From assembly GCA_963667015.2 (NCBI GenBank), contig CAXXJJ010000004.1:1856001-1920000 (forward strand): a stretch of 64,000 nucleotides of DNA, read 5' to 3'. Source of the DNA: Desulfatiglandales bacterium (GTDB taxonomy: Bacteria; Desulfobacterota; DSM-4660; Desulfatiglandales; HGW-15). The first letter of the stretch is position 1. Each line of letters begins with the position of its first letter. Below are positions 62,126 to 64,000 of this stretch, one piece after another. Both the position numbers and the translations under genes were made by a program. The notes under the pieces were generated by a model. It ran no database searches and had not been told where the DNA came from. It saw only the letters and a list, made by a program, of their open reading frames with translations.

Positions 62126-63564
62126 TTTGCAAGCACATAGTGTGTCCCTTTTCCGGTCGTTCCTATTTTGCACAGAACACCTTTTCCTGTTAGAGTTTCC
62201 AGATGTCGTGAAGCAGTTGGTTTCGATACTCCAAATTTTTCCTGGTATAACTTGTTAGTTATCCTATCACCGGCTTTAAGCATCACGATCAATTTACGTT
62301 CATTATCTGTCAATCCTAGTCGATCCATTACCTCATCTGTCAGCCAGTCACGCCATAAGGTTAAAACAAATGATCCGCTCTGTTGCCTGAATTCAGGGGC
62401 AGGCAGTCCTGCTTCTGCACAAAGGTTGATCATCTTCTGTGTCCCTGATCCTGCCTTTTCAATATACCTTGTCAGATAAAGCGACTCTGCAATAAGCGGG
62501 TTATTGGGTATTGAAGGATGGTCGGCAAAAAGATCATCAATGGTGAGTGACCCGGGGAGTTTCCCCGGATTCCATACCTCAAGCCGGTCAGAGAAAAGGC
62601 GCACCTCCACAGATGCATTGCTGTAATAATCCCGGTGTGCAATAGCATTGATAATTGCTTCAGCTATAGCATCCGGAGGGAGTTCATATGTCGCGGAAGC
62701 CTGATTGCTCTTCTCCCGTGTTCCTATGGCACGGTTGATTTTTGAAAGAACAAAGTCCTTTGCCTGATCTGCCTGTTCAAACAGGTCCCCCTCATAAATC
62801 TGCATTGAAGCAAAGGGTCTCTGATATACTGTGCCATGGCAGTGAATACACTTTATTTCGGCAGGACGAAAAAAACTTTGAGGTTTTAAACCGAAGAGAA
62901 GTATTGCCGCATTTGTCGGGTGTTCGTGTTCAAAAAGATTAAGATGCGTAAGTAGCCCCTTTGGCGGGGTATTCATTTTTAACGGAAAATTTCGTTCATG
63001 TCTGGCTGTTTCTAGAAACCATTCCATACGTTTTTTTGACAGGCTCTTCAAAGTGGCTTTCTCTGCGGGTGCAGCATCAAAGGGTGCAATCTTTAAAGCT
63101 CCCATGTCATCAAGATAATCGACCAGGCTTGCATATACTTCAGAAGTCAGTGAATTGGAGTTTTCAACCCTTCTCCGAACAAGGTTTTTACTGATCTTTT
63201 TAACAAGTTTCTGCATTTTGGGGTGACGTTTTTTGTCATCTGTCCCCCAGATATTAATAAGTCTTGTCTTACCCTTTTCCGTGGCATGATTAAATTCCTG
63301 CTCAGTTGGAGATATACCCGACTCTGTTTCAAAACCATATTCATACCCGAATATTCCCAAATAAATATCACATCTCTCAACTTCCTTAAGGTATATCTGG
63401 TCAGTCCTTTGATCTTTCGCGGGCAATTCCTCAAAAAGAAAGACATCGGAAATAAACCGACGCAAAAATGCATCACCAGTAAGAAACGCCTTAAGATCAC
63501 GCCTGATATCAGCAAACTCGTTTTGTACGCTGCTTATGAATATCTTCAGCCGGGTGGCAGGCAT
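62092..63564 (-). CDS. DUF4062 + HATPase_c_4-like + winged-HTH protein
   Basis: KIFISSVQ.EF, CDIYLGIFG..YG...ISPTEQEF; EAIINAIAHRDY, DRLEVWNPG, NPLIA, IEKAGSG; C-terminal wHTH. Confidence 0.85.
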   Translation of the reverse strand: MPATRLKIFISSVQNEFADIRRDLKAFLTGDAFLRRFISDVFLFEELPAKDQRTDQIYLKEVERCDIYLGIFGYEYGFETESGISPTEQEFNHATEKGKTRLINIWGTDDKKRHPKMQKLVKKISKNLVRRRVENSNSLTSEVYASLVDYLDDMGALKIAPFDAAPAEKATLKSLSKKRMEWFLETARHERNFPLKMNTPPKGLLTHLNLFEHEHPTNAAILLFGLKPQSFFRPAEIKCIHCHGTVYQRPFASMQIYEGDLFEQADQAKDFVLSKINRAIGTREKSNQASATYELPPDAIAEAIINAIAHRDYYSNASVEVRLFSDRLEVWNPGKLPGSLTIDDLFADHPSIPNNPLIAESLYLTRYIEKAGSGTQKMINLCAEAGLPAPEFRQQSGSFVLTLWRDWLTDEVMDRLGLTDNERKLIVMLKAGDRITNKLYQEKFGVSKPTASRHLETLTGKGVLCKIGTTGKGTHYVLANKGLTKVSKGS

Positions 63565-63643
63565 CTGATTATTTTTCCTCGTTTTTTATTTCTGTTTCAA
63601 TTATCTTTTTAAAAACATCCTTGTTACTGAACAGTCCTGAAGT

Positions 63644-63669
63644 TGTCACATGTCAAGGGCAGACCCCGG
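63644..63669 (-). repeat. GGGGTCTGCCCTTGACATGTGACA element
   Basis: Near-identical to 60410-60435 and 59793-59817. Confidence 0.8.
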
Positions 63670-63678
63670 ATTTTTTCA

Positions 63679-63891
63679 CTATTGAAAAGAAAGAATTCCA
63701 GAAATGACAGAAATAGCTAGAAAGGTCGACACCCATTTAAGATTACAAAGACATGTAGATTTAACATCTTCTGGCAAATCCCATTTAAACAAACCCCAAC
63801 CTAAAGAGAGAATAAGGCCATCAACAGTTATAATTGTTGATAACAATGATTTTCCTGAACCTTCATCACGTTCAAACATTTTACCCTCCAT
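63679..63891 (-). CDS. Small membrane protein, possibly truncated
   Basis: 70 aa, two hydrophobic segments; stop lies 10 bp from the repeat element. Confidence 0.4.
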   Translation of the reverse strand: MEGKMFERDEGSGKSLLSTIITVDGLILSLGWGLFKWDLPEDVKSTCLCNLKWVSTFLAISVISGILSFQ

Positions 63892-64000
63892 ATAATTTAT
63901 TACATTTTGTTAAAGTAATACAATTTCGAAAGAAAAGGGGCACAACGTTTCGTGCAGCGCGTGTATCATAATTTTATTTTACACTCTGCATAACTTCCTT

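Overview
The window is bacterial chromosomal DNA; gene content and order suggest an anaerobic deltaproteobacterium (Desulfobacterota-like; inference). It has three zones. (1) ~1-27.5 kb is an accessory zone rich in mostly secreted ester/amide hydrolases (tannase family, two type-B carboxylesterases, a feruloyl/PHB-type esterase, two amidohydrolases, a class III aminotransferase). It also holds sensors, an orphan ParB-methyltransferase, an IS110 remnant and many short palindromic repeats. (2) ~27.6-52.5 kb is core housekeeping: frameshifted glnE, glnA with a sigma54 promoter, nagZ, an orphan mraY, tRNA-Gly/tRNA-Cys and the xerC-hslVU-argBDFGH-lysA-dapFAB-folK-fsa run. (3) ~52.9-64 kb is a variable zone with two paralogous hydrolases, a primase-helicase fusion and a patchwork of defence-like genes and fragments whose breakpoints coincide with a recurring GGGGTC..CTTGACA motif. 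The best candidate for an undescribed system is at 60.5-61.9 kb: a coupled DUF3800 (RNase H-like) plus BECR-like nuclease gene pair. It faces a convergent ~70-nt small-RNA unit (TTGACA-17-TAATAT promoter, GNRA hairpin, terminator), and a second homologous hairpin lies on the other side of the pair. No CRISPR array or rRNA was seen. All family calls come from motif recognition by eye, not database searches.
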